Positions 37,330 to 53,338 of a stretch of DNA of 64,000 nucleotides are shown here, piece after piece; positions within the stretch are counted from its first letter, which is position 1, and the number at the start of each line of letters is the position of its first letter. Origin of the DNA: Paraspadella gotoi (taxonomy: Eukaryota > Animalia > Chaetognatha); assembly GCA_051294375.1 (NCBI GenBank), contig CM119270.1, positions 7,616,197 to 7,680,196 of the forward strand, given 5' to 3'. A program made the position numbers and the translations under genes. A model generated the notes under the pieces. That model saw only the letters and a program-made list of their open reading frames with translations, had not been told where the DNA came from and ran no database searches.

Positions 37330-39478
37330 TCCTCGAGGCGAAGTTCCAAAGAAGAGAAGTAAAAACCTCTCGGCAAGGCAGTCGACTACGACGAATATCG
37401 ACGTTCCTAAGGATTAAATTCCTCGAACGAAAAACACTCAGAGATCGAAGAAGATAAGAGTCGTATATCGAAGCAAAAAATTCGGCGAGCCAAACGAGGA
37501 TCGCACGCCAGAGTCATCGTGCGAGCAAGAGAAAGAAGACTCGACACACAAAAAACGTGCGGTCTCGCGAATCCGTCTGCAGCTTAGGGCGGGAGAACCA
37601 AAGACGGGAAGACAGCACTGGACGAGCATGGACAGTCGCCTGGAAAGAGAGAGAGCGACAAGGCAGAGCCGCGAGGCGGAGAGGGAAATTGCACGAAAGG
37701 CAGAGGGAAAGAGTATCAACGACCATCGGTGAGAGCAGGCGCGCCATCGAATTAGCAGGAAAAGGTAATTCAGCACTGCCAGAAGGCAGAACACGATGAA
37801 CATGGAAAGGGAAGTTGCTGAGGGAGACCACAAGGCGAGAACGCCTTCGCCAAGGTGGAGGCCCAGACGTAACTGCCAAGGATAGCCGACGAACAGGCGC
37901 CCCTATCGTCACGTCAAAGATTCTCGAGGCGGAGAAAGTACGCGGCGTTGACGGAAGGAAACGCGGAATTGTGCGGCGCGGAGGTCGGCAGAGGATAGAG
38001 AGTATCGAGAAGAAGATAGCCGTCTGCTCGAATGAGAAGCCGCAGGGGAGACGAGATGGGGGAGAAATAAGCTAGATGGAGGAGGAGAAGAAGAGATTAG
38101 AGAAAGAAGCGGCTTTCGGAGAGGAAGGAAACACGCAGGACAGGCTGCTGCGGATCGAATGAAGGATACAATCAAACGGCGGATCTGCTGCGAATATCGG
38201 AATTGGAGGCGGCGAAAGGAGCGGCTGAAGGCGGAGCGAGGAAGAAGAAAGCTGCCGCGGAGCAGAGGAGAGAATCGACTCGTAGTGGGAGACGAATGAA
38301 GAAAAAGCCACGCTGGAGAAGATTGGCCCGACACTCGCACATACAGTCCTGAACAAGACTCGCAAGAGGATGGAGAAGAGAGCGAGAGAGAGAGCGAGAC
38401 GGAGTTGACGCTAGAGTCGTTTTCGATTGGAAGAAATTTAAAGGCGAAAGAAGGAGAGAGAAACGAGAGGTTGAAGGCAAAAGAAATTGGAAATCGCAGG
38501 TCCGAAAAAATCGGAGAAAACGTTGGCCCGATTTTCAGACCGAACATCCCGAGACAGATCCGCCGAGAAGGACCTACCCGAGGAGAATGAAGGCGCAATT
38601 GAAGGACGGTCGAACATCAATCTGGGAAAAAGTCGCGCGTCGCAGGGAGAAAGCAGGGGAAAGAAATGCGGCGACAGATGGAGGAGGAAGAGCGCGGCGC
38701 AGCGAGATAGATCGGCTCGGGGCTGGAAGCGGAAGAACTGCTGCGTTCTGACGGCTGACCAATGGACCGCCCAATGTTGGAGAAGGAGGTGCTGCGGAAG
38801 GGCGAAGGAGCACAAGAGATGCGGACAGTTGAAAAGAGTTTCTGCATTTCTCGGAAAAATGGAAAGGATCGGGTCCTGAAGGATTGGGGGAACAATACAC
38901 AGAAGCGACGATAAGCGTCCCTCGCGCGAATTGTGAGGAGGCAACTAACAAAGATGCTCGTCAACATCTCGCCGATTGTTCACTCTCGTTAACGCGAGAC
39001 ATAGGAGGCAATCCCGAGTCTGCGCCAATGTTCCACGCCTTTATAAGAACGTAGGTCACGAAGCTTTGAACGAATGCTAAAGAAAGTTCTGTTTGAGAAG
39101 AACTCGTCTGGAAGCACCGGAGCCGTAGATGTAGAGCAAAACAAGAGATTGATTCAGGCCAAACAAAAGGCACGACCGGAACAGATATGGGAGGAGACAG
39201 TACGCTATCGGGAAAAACGGAACCCAGAGGGAGGCACAGGAAAGTTTGTGAAGAAGCACATCGAGAGGAATGAGGAGCAAGTCGTACGCGGAGAGAATCG
39301 CGTATGTAAGGATGTCGAAAGAGACTCCACGCTTGCGCAGAAGAAGATGTTGGTCGAAACGAGAAGGAGGCGATTTTCACGTACACGCGAAGAGAGAGAT
39401 GACGTACGGAGCGAGATTTAGTCAGGAGGAGTTGTCTGTTATGAGAGCGATCATAGGACAAAGAGCTGAAGAGACCAA
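37330..39478 (+). CDS. Large frameshift-disrupted exon encoding an E/K/R/A-rich coiled-coil (trichohyalin-like) protein
   Basis: About 2.1 kb of purine-rich but non-periodic sequence giving peptides such as SRLERERATRQSREAEREIARKAE, MEEEKKRLEKEAAF, LKAKEGERNERLKAKEIG and VEQNKRLIQAKQKARPEQIWEE in shifting frames. It ends at a consensus donor CAA|GTGAGT (39479). The start boundary is approximate. Confidence 0.55.
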
Positions 39479-42400
39479 GTGAGTAAGAAAAAACGAGAAA
39501 AACTAGAAATCAATTTCCTGTACTCTCCGCATTTCAATGAGATAGTAAAAATACAGAGAGTAGAGAAAGAATACGAGATGGGAATTGTGTAAGTCGAAAC
39601 ACACTGAGGAAATCACTACAACGAAGTCTCGGAGGTGGAGGATCAAATCACGCAATATCAAAATTGCGAGCATAGAAGAGGGAAAGGTAAATCAAGAATG
39701 TTGACCTAACGATTTTGTGTGCAGAGAATGTCATATGGTAAGAGGATAACAGAATTCAGCGTCAGCGCTCACGAAAATCCACAACCAGAGTGCAGAGTCT
39801 GTGAACTAAAGAGAGCGGCGAGATCTCTAATGACAAAGGAGTTGACGGAGATAATAACTTCTGGGAGCCGTAGTCTTTGAGAGTTTACAACTTAAAGATA
39901 AATACTTGCCAATCCTGTTGTGAGTCACATGTGCTCTGATTAGAGCTGTTCTTAATATCGCATAATTGATATGTACTTCATGTTCTCTTCCGACATTCAA
40001 TCAACAAATATGTCTATTCTTTCTAAACAGAAATCGCGCAACAATGCAAAGAAAAGAGCGGAACGCGAGCAATAGAAATTCAGATCATAAGATTTAACTT
40101 TCCGATTTTGCAATTTTAATTATAATTTTAATTATTCACTCAAGCATCACTCTCCTTCTCCCAACTGACACGAGTGTCTTTTAAATTACCTTCGCAAAAT
40201 TTATTTTTCAAAGCATCTTTTTCTGTCAGTAAAACAACAAACCCTGTTAAATTTGTTGAGAGCGTGTTTCCGCACGATTCATTTACCCGCGAATCTTGTG
40301 ATCCGCCACACCGCGTTTGGTCAGCCGAATGTTTGACCTGGAGTATTTCTAGCTGAGACTATCTTTTAAAATAGATGAGAGCAAGTCCTACTAAAGTTGC
40401 TCTTGGTTATTTTTTACAATATTTTAACAATTTCTCGACCTCCCGTCTCCACTCTCTCTGTTACCCTCCTCCCCAGTACACACCATCCTCCGGGCGTATC
40501 ACTTCTATCGAATAAAGCACGACGATCGCTTACATCACCAACTGTGCCCTCCTTAATCCCACATTTTTTTTATCGCCGCCACCTTTTCTCCCGCACGATA
40601 CACACATGGCAGGCCTTGGTAGTGGCTTTCGCGGATGGACAAGTTCCTCTGCGAGGATTTCGGTCTCTCGTGACCATCGACACGGGCCGCCGGCGCATTA
40701 CGACGTCAGCGAAGGCAAAGAACGTCTATCGCAGTAAGCCCTACTGTGCAGCGCAGAGTCCCACCAAGGCCCCTGCTCTTGACCGTCTGTGAGATACAAC
40801 ATCAAAACGTAGAATCTTCTTGGAAGGAACCGTTCCTCGTCGCTTTCGCGAGGGACTAAAAGCGCGTTTTCTCGCGCTCGAGACGGTCCCGAGCGAAGTG
40901 TTTTCGTGTATCGCGGAGCGCGCGGGAGATCTTCCGTCTGTGCTATCCGTCCAACTAACTCTTGGACCTCATTAGCTCTACTGCAGTTCGCCCGTTCACC
41001 TTCACTCTCTCTCCGAAGCGCGCGCTGGACGCGTCCTCTCGGATCATCGGGGCTACGAGGTCCCGAACGGCTGGACTCGGACTCGGTCTACAGGAGCGCT
41101 TGCAGAGTCGGGGATAAGTAGCATTTCATCTACAGCTTCCGCCTCTTTGAGAATCCTGTTGACTTTCGTAGAAAGGGAAAATGGGGGATCTGGGAAGGTG
41201 AGGCAAGAGAGGGGGGAGAATTCAATTTCAATTCAAATTTAATTTCAATTTCAATTCGCCCAATAGCTTCGTTGTCAAAAGCTTCCCCTTTGCAGAAACT
41301 CATAAATTAATTTATTTTTTATTGTTTTTGTAACGCAATTTCAATATCATTTGAAAGCTATTACAATAATTTTTTGAAACATTAAACACAATTTTTCAAA
41401 AATCCTGATGTTCATGTTTAAAAAATCGTTCTCAATTAATTACCCAGCTTTAATTGTATATTCCATGAACTCCAATATGCGTTTTTAATTTGAATAGTTA
41501 AATGATAATGACTTTCTACATCATTATTCCCTTCATTTCACCACATATCTCCTCTCCTTAAACCACTTATTAAATCCTCCTTCATGTCCAAGTACGATCA
41601 ACGTTTAATTTAGAAATTCCTTACCACACGACATACTCCGTTATTTTCGCTTCATAAATACTAAATATCTGAATCATGGCGATTCGCGAGAGAGTGGACC
41701 AGCCTCGAGACGCACTCATTCATCGGCCTTTTCGACCAGCTGCCGACGTGCTCCCGTCATCAACACGTCTTTAGGGTCATGTTGGCTCTTATCTCCTCGG
41801 GTCCCGCCTCTTATGACCGGATCACTCCGACTACGGAGGAAGACGGAGACCATAATTCTATTCCTAAACGAGAGAGGAGAACGCTTTCAAATTCCATCAC
41901 TGAGGCCAAAGTTGAAAACCGATCTGCTTATCGGTGAGGGGGAGAAAGAAGAGAAGATGAGGAAGAGAGAGAGGTAGAGAGGGACGGCGTATAAAGGAGA
42001 TGGGTTTTAATTTCGAATTCTTTTTTTCTCGTATTTCTTTCAGTTCTCTTCTTTCTTTATTTCTGATTTATTGCTCCTCTTTCTGTTTTGTATATCTTTT
42101 CTTCTATCTCTCTTGTAATTCTTTCGTTTCTTCCTCTGTAGTTCCTCGCTATCTTTTTTTTCTTTCTTTCTCTTCTGTGCAGGATCCTTTTTTAATTTTC
42201 ATCACGAGCCCTATTGGTTTTTAAATTGCGCCGCAGATAACTCTAAGATCCACCATTAGTATATTTCGGTCGTCGGTGTGTCTGCCTCTTGAGAGGTTGA
42301 AAAATTTTTCATTTATACCCATTTCAAAATAATCAAAGAAACAAAAATATATAACTGTCGGTCCCACTTTTACATTTAAAATGTATAAAAATTGGTGGAA

Positions 42401-43375
42401 GTAACCAAATATATTTAAATCAATACTAAAATTTATCTAATTTTCCTTAAGGGTTAATATAAATAAATTTTACTATTCTGGGCAATCACCTGAAATTTGG
42501 AACAGGAAATTTGGGGTGGTTTAAGAAAAAAATGATAATTTAAATTCCGTCTACGTCCCCTGGCTATTATGCTTTCACAAATCAGATTAACTCTCTAACA
42601 GTACGTCAAGATTTCATTACTACCCAGAGAGAACCTTTTTACGTGGAAAGTTTATTCTCCGATAACTTTAGGTTTTCCCTATCAAATGAAGTGGTAATAA
42701 ATGTTTCCAAAAGTATGTTATTTAATTGTATGAAAGGCCTCTCCTTAAGTATTAAGAATTCGTTATTATTAAATCGTATTATAATTTGTCTAGGTGTTGT
42801 GTATAATTTGCTCATAATTTTTTGTTTTAAGAAGAAAGAAAAAACATCTTATAATCTAAGGGTGCACACTGGCCGGACCCCCCACATTGGGCCCGCCTAT
42901 AAGTTACTTACTAAGGAAATAACTACCCATAAAAATTCTATTAAAATTAAACGGTAAAAATAAAAACGACGTAATTTTGAATGAATGATGCATGTCATTA
43001 CCTTTATAATTAGAACACGCGCACTAAGAAAGTGCGGTAACAAGGGTCAATTGTAGTCTGGTTTTTACTTATGTGATCAACAAGAAGGAAATAGACAAAA
43101 AATAAAAGTTTAGATCTTTACGTTGTAGAGACAAAAGCATGCAAATAAATTGGAATTAGCTTGTGAATTTTTTCATTTTTTTCTCTTTTTATTTTTTCTC
43201 TCTCATTAACTTAATTTTTTTTTACCCTTTCTTCAATCTTTCTTTTTATTTTTTGAGTCTTTTTTGATTTTATACCTTACCTTTTTTCTTTTCCGCTTCT
43301 CTCATTTTCTTTTTTTCTTTAATCTCATTTAAAATCCCTGTCTAATTAGCGCCATACTTCCCTCCCTCCTTCTTC

Positions 43376-44459
43376 TCACTTTCTTTTTTTCCTCACACAA
43401 GCCTGGACCATCGAAACAAAAGGAATGGACGCAAATTCCGCCCCGTCACGGGCGAACGTTCCCGAAATCGCGTTCCACCCTCCGTTCCCGTCCTCAAAGG
43501 CCACGTCTACATGTTCGTGCTGCGGAGAGCCTCCCTTCTCAGCTGGGCCAACTCCAGCCCCTGGGCAGCTCCAGTGCGACGTAAATCCGCTTCGACGTCG
43601 CCGGAGGCTGCGGTGGGATCTGATCGAGGCTGCGGCGAAAATCGCCGGCGCCGGCGACGCGATCGCCTCAGATCCCTCGCCGTTGACGGAAAAGATCGTG
43701 ATCGTAGGATGGCTAGCGGTCCTCGCGCAAACCTGGACCTCGGCTCCGGCGCAGGACGGCTTTTCTGGTTCCGCGGAACGAATACGACTTGTCGTGTCGA
43801 TGCAATTATTGTTGGGATATGGAATTGACTGGCGAACCGGAAAGGGCGCGATTTTCGAAATCGGACGAAAGAGAAGAAGAAAGTCAAGGGTGTCGGCGGA
43901 GGCGCTGGAATTCGGCAAAGGCGCGTGCTCCGCGGCAGGCGAAGAGGCCCGCGCCTGCTTCGATTCTGCCGCCGCCTTTCCGATCGAGAAATCGTCAAAC
44001 GAGAAACGACAAGTCCGCCAGGCGCTGGAGAAGACGTCAGCCTGGAGACGCTCTGGTGCGCCGCCCGCCAATCCGCGCCGTCGCGGAGGGCGGCGACGGA
44101 GCCTCCGCTTCTGAGCGTTTTCTTCTTCCTTCCTTTTTTCTTTTTTCTTTTCGATATCTCTTCTTCTTTCTTGCCTTAATTTTCAGCCTTATCTCCTAAA
44201 CTCCCAGGATCGAATATTTTTCGGCTCGAGGGCAGGAGAAGAACATGTAGGAGAGAGGAGAGGAAAGTCCAGAGCTTCGGGCTCCGCTTCGATCGAATTT
44301 GCAGCCGCTGCGGAATCCGGGAGAATTAAGGAGAAGAAGAGGAAGAGGAGTTAAAGTGAGCCGAGCGAAGTAATTCAAGGCAAGGAGCAGCCGCCGGACC
44401 GCCGCCGCGGCGCTCCCGAGGCTGCGCGATACGAAAAGGGGCTCCCTGAGTATAGCCAT

Positions 44460-44460
<1 letters not shown>
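43376..44460. other. GC/CpG-rich island with long open frames on both strands; candidate first exon or coding exon
   Basis: 229-aa plus ORF (43425-44114) preceded by a polypyrimidine tract and AAG. The minus frame is open from about 44184 to 43376, with a possible donor TGT|GTGAGG at 43391-43396. No recognisable domain; strand unresolved. Confidence 0.4.
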
Positions 44461-44514
<54 letters not shown>

Positions 44515-44570
44515 CTCTCTCTTCTCTCGTCGTCCATTCCTCCCTTCCTCATCGTTTACGCTGCTAGTTG

Positions 44571-44646
44571 CATTGTAAACCCATTTGCATTACTACAAAA
44601 GCGAATGCGCCATCTCCTTAAGTGAGCCCACCCGCATTAGCATAAT
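44571..44646. promoter_or_regulatory. Candidate Sox/POU motif cluster
   Basis: CATTGT (44571-44576), octamer ATTTGCAT (44583-44590) and ATTAGCATAAT (44636-44646) within 76 bp, between CT repeats and adjacent to the GC island. Confidence 0.3.
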
Positions 44647-45534
44647 TTCCGCTCTTCTCTCTCTCTCTCTCGCTCTCTTCCCTTTCCGTTTCCAACTCAT
44701 ATGCAGAGGAGGTAGGCACAGCGTTAAAAGTGCGCCTTACCTTTAAGCCCTCATCGTCCTTTCCATTGTTCCCTTTTTATTCTTTGTTTCTCTCTCTCTC
44801 TCTCATCTCCTCTCCTCTTCTCTTCTCTCTCTCTCTCTCTCTCCTCTCCATCTCTCTCTCTTCTCTCTTCTCTCTTCACTCATTCATATCATCCTCTTTC
44901 TCACTTCTTTATCTTTTTCTTCCTCATCTTTTTTATTCTTTTTTCTTTATTCTCCTGTTAATCCGATCCTCGGTCTCCTTTATCTCATTCTTACGATCGA
45001 TTGTTCTTCTTTTTTTCTTTAATTTTTTTCGGTTCTTTTGTTGAAATTCGCGCTTTTTTTCTTTAGACGATTTGACAAAGAAACGAGAGATTTAAAAAAA
45101 AAGAGATAAGTACATAAAGAAGATGATCAATCAATAAATTAGTCAATCTCTTAATCAATGAATCAATGAATCAATCTCTCAATCAATGAATTAATCAATC
45201 AATCTCTTAATCAATGAATGAATCAATCAATCAAATAACCAATCGATTAATTAATCAATTCATCTAAACAATTGACTTACCTTTCTTCGTTCTGTGCGAA
45301 GAAGTTTCCAAAGCAGAGAAAAGAGAAAAAACGACGCAAAAGACGAAGATTTTCCCCGCGATTTTTCTCTCAAAAATTCCGGCGGCGCGCGACCGTTTTA
45401 AATCCGTTGCGCTGTACCGAATACAGTGGAGTCGACGTTTTTCATCGTCTGGTTTCTCCCGGTTTTCGTGCGCCGATTTTAGTTTAGAAAGACCCATTTT
45501 TCTNNNNNNNNNNNNNNNNNNNNNNNNNTTTCTG

Positions 45535-45628
<94 letters not shown>

Positions 45629-46588
45629 CGCTTCTTAAATAAGCTTCTCCCCAGTTTCGGAGATTAAGAAGCGTTTTGGTCCGAATTTTATTAATTTTTT
45701 TTTTTTTATCCGCCGACTTTATTTTCTTAACTTTTTTTCCTGAGCTTCTTCTCGCTCTCCCCTCTTTCTTCTGCTCGGCTCGAGAGAGAGAGAGTGGGCG
45801 AGAAATAGGAGTTTAATCGTTTAAGTTCTCTCTCTCGAAAAAAAAAAAATAAAATCACTTTTTCCTGTCCGTTGCGTAATAAAATTTTATGTTTTATTTC
45901 CATTCTGATCTCCTTTCATTTATTTGTTTCCGATTTTTCATTTTTCCTCTTTAGTTTTTCTCTTTCGTTTATTCCTTTTGTTGGTGGAAAATAATCGTTT
46001 CTTTTTTCCCCTCTTGTTTTTTTTTTCTTTTAATCGTTGGTCGAGGGAATGAGGTAAAAGAGAAATGGAGAAACAAAAGGCGTCCCTTTGCTGAGTTGTT
46101 TGAATTCAGAGAGAGAGAGAGAGAGCACGCTTCTTAAAAGCTTTCTCCCAGTTCCGAAGATTTAAGAAGCGTTTTGTCCGATTTTATTATTTTTTTTTAA
46201 TCCGCGACTTTTATTTTTCTTACTTTTCTTTTTCCTGAGCTTCTTTCTCGCTCTCTCTCTTTCTTCGCTCGCGCTCGAGAGAGAGAGAGTCGGGCGAGAA
46301 ATAGTGAGTTTATCGTTTTAAAGTTCTCTCTCTCGAAAAAAAAAAATCACTTTTTCCTTTCGTTGTGAAGTAAAATTTTATGTTTTATTTCCATTCGATT
46401 CTCCTTTCATTTATTTGTTCCGATTTTCATTTTTCCTTTTAGTTTTTCTTTCGCTTTATTCCTTTTGTTGGTGGAAAATAAAATCGTTTTTCTTTTTTCT
46501 CTGTTTTTTTTCTTTTATCGTTGGGGAAGGGAGAGAGAAAGAGAAAGGAGAAACAAAGGCGTCCTTTGCTGAAGTTTGTTTGAATTTC
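45629..46588 (+). repeat. Tandem duplication of about 480 bp (45629-46107 and 46128-46588)
   Basis: Colinear copies from cgcttcttaaa.. to ..ggcgtcc(c)tttgctga..ttgtttgaatt, each preceded by a GA run. They differ mainly by small indels. Confidence 0.92.
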
Positions 46589-47531
46589 CTCTGGAAAAAA
46601 AGGGAGAGAGAGAGAGAGAGAATTAATAATCTTGATTTCCGGTCTCGGCTTTCGCCTCCCGTCTCTTCTTTGTTTTCTTACCACATTTTATTTACTTTTT
46701 AAATTATTGTATAATTGTATAGTTTTAAAAAAATATAAAATATATATATATATATATAAATATAATATAAAATATAAAAATATAATATAAATAAAACATT
46801 TTTTAAAAAAGAAAGCAATATATGTTTGATTAAATAATATAGATTAAATACTAAATCCTTCATAAAAATATTAAAATATTATATAGAAAAATAGAAAATA
46901 GTGAAACAAGTAATTTGCAAATTTTCATTTATGTTGGGATATAAAGACTTTGTTTTAAACATTGTATTAAAAATAACGTGTGACATTCTTTTTTGTTTGT
47001 TTAAAATAAACTGAACTTCCAAAAAAGAAAAATTTTTTTTGCCCAATTTTTGTAAAATAACCAAACGAAAATGAACATCGTGATATTTAGTAAACGAAAA
47101 AAAAAAAGTATTTAATATGATATTTTTTTATCAAATTCTATGCACAAAATAAAACACGAAAAAAACAAACAAACAAAAAAACAAGAACAAAGTAATTAAG
47201 CAAAGAAAGAAATAAAAAAAACAAACTAAAAGGAGAATAAGAAATGAGAGCAACGCGTTTGTTTGTTTGTTTGTTTACGATTTCGATGTCATTAAAATAA
47301 GATTTATTTGCATAGAATTCGAGCCGCGTCCTTCGCTCCTTCGGATGAAGAGGATTGGGGGCCACTTCAAAGCCAGCCGCTCAACGCAGCCCTCGAAAAT
47401 GAGAGANNNNNNNNNNNNNNNNNNNNNNNNNNNNNNNNNNNNNNNNNNNNNNNNNNNNNNNNNNNNNNNNNNNNNNNNNNNNNNNNNNNNNNNNNNNNNN
47501 NNNNNNNNNNNNNNNNNNNNNNNNNNNNNNN

Positions 47532-47567
<36 letters not shown>

Positions 47568-48285
47568 TTTTTCTATTAAAATCACGTCTGTAACAGAAAA
47601 TTAATCTTTGCTCGTGATCGTGAGATCGAACGAAAGCGAGTCGTTTTGCAAACCCGTGAATCGACTTAAACAAATCGTGTATTGCACAATGAGTATTTAG
47701 TAATGCTCTTTAATAGTTTAAAACTACAATAATAACAATTCAATATAGGATGATACTTCACTCCTTTCATAAATTTTCAAAGAATAAGAAAGAGCAATAC
47801 TTAATTGTAAACTAACTTGTTAATCAATATATAAAACCCTAAAAAAGTAAATATGCTAAAATGCTAAGTGAAATTTTAAAAATATGCCAACCAAATTTTT
47901 ACCGGAAAAAACTCGTCTTTGGAATCCGTATGTTAATTGTTTATTTACTTTTATTTTATTTAGATTTTCGGGTTTATTTTGAGTAAAATAAATCATGTGA
48001 AGAAACTTCGGATGCAGATTCTTCGGCGTCGAACATTAAAGGTGAGAGGGAAGTTTTTGTGAAGGGAGAATGAAAAGAGGAGGAGGAGGAAGAGGAAGAG
48101 GAGGAGGAAGAGGCGAAAGTAAATCGGCCTTTAATTGGAAGGGAGGGCAAGAAACAGGGGAGAGGGGGAAAAAAGGGAAGTGAAGAAAAGTTGAGGAGAA
48201 AAGTTGGCGAGAGTGGTAGAATGGTGAAGAACTTGTGAGAAAATGTTGATAAATGGGAGAAGTGAAAAGAAAGGAATAACGGAAG

Positions 48286-53106
<4,821 letters not shown>

Positions 53107-53292
53107 ACCGAATCGGAGGCGCCGGGTTGGGCAAGAGAGGGGGGCTGAGGAGAAATAGGGGGGTCCACAGCGCGACGGGGGCGCGTTTGGAGAACGCGTG
53201 TGTGGGGGGCGAAGATGTGAAAACGTCTTTATCCGAAAATAATGGATAAAGATGAGGAATTAAGGGTGAGCAGAGAGTTTAAAGAGGAAGAT

Positions 53293-53338
<46 letters not shown>

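Noticed and set aside
44555-44600. miR-33-like sequence (tagttgcattg)
   Set aside because: Only the 3' half matches; the seed is absent and there is no convincing precursor hairpin.
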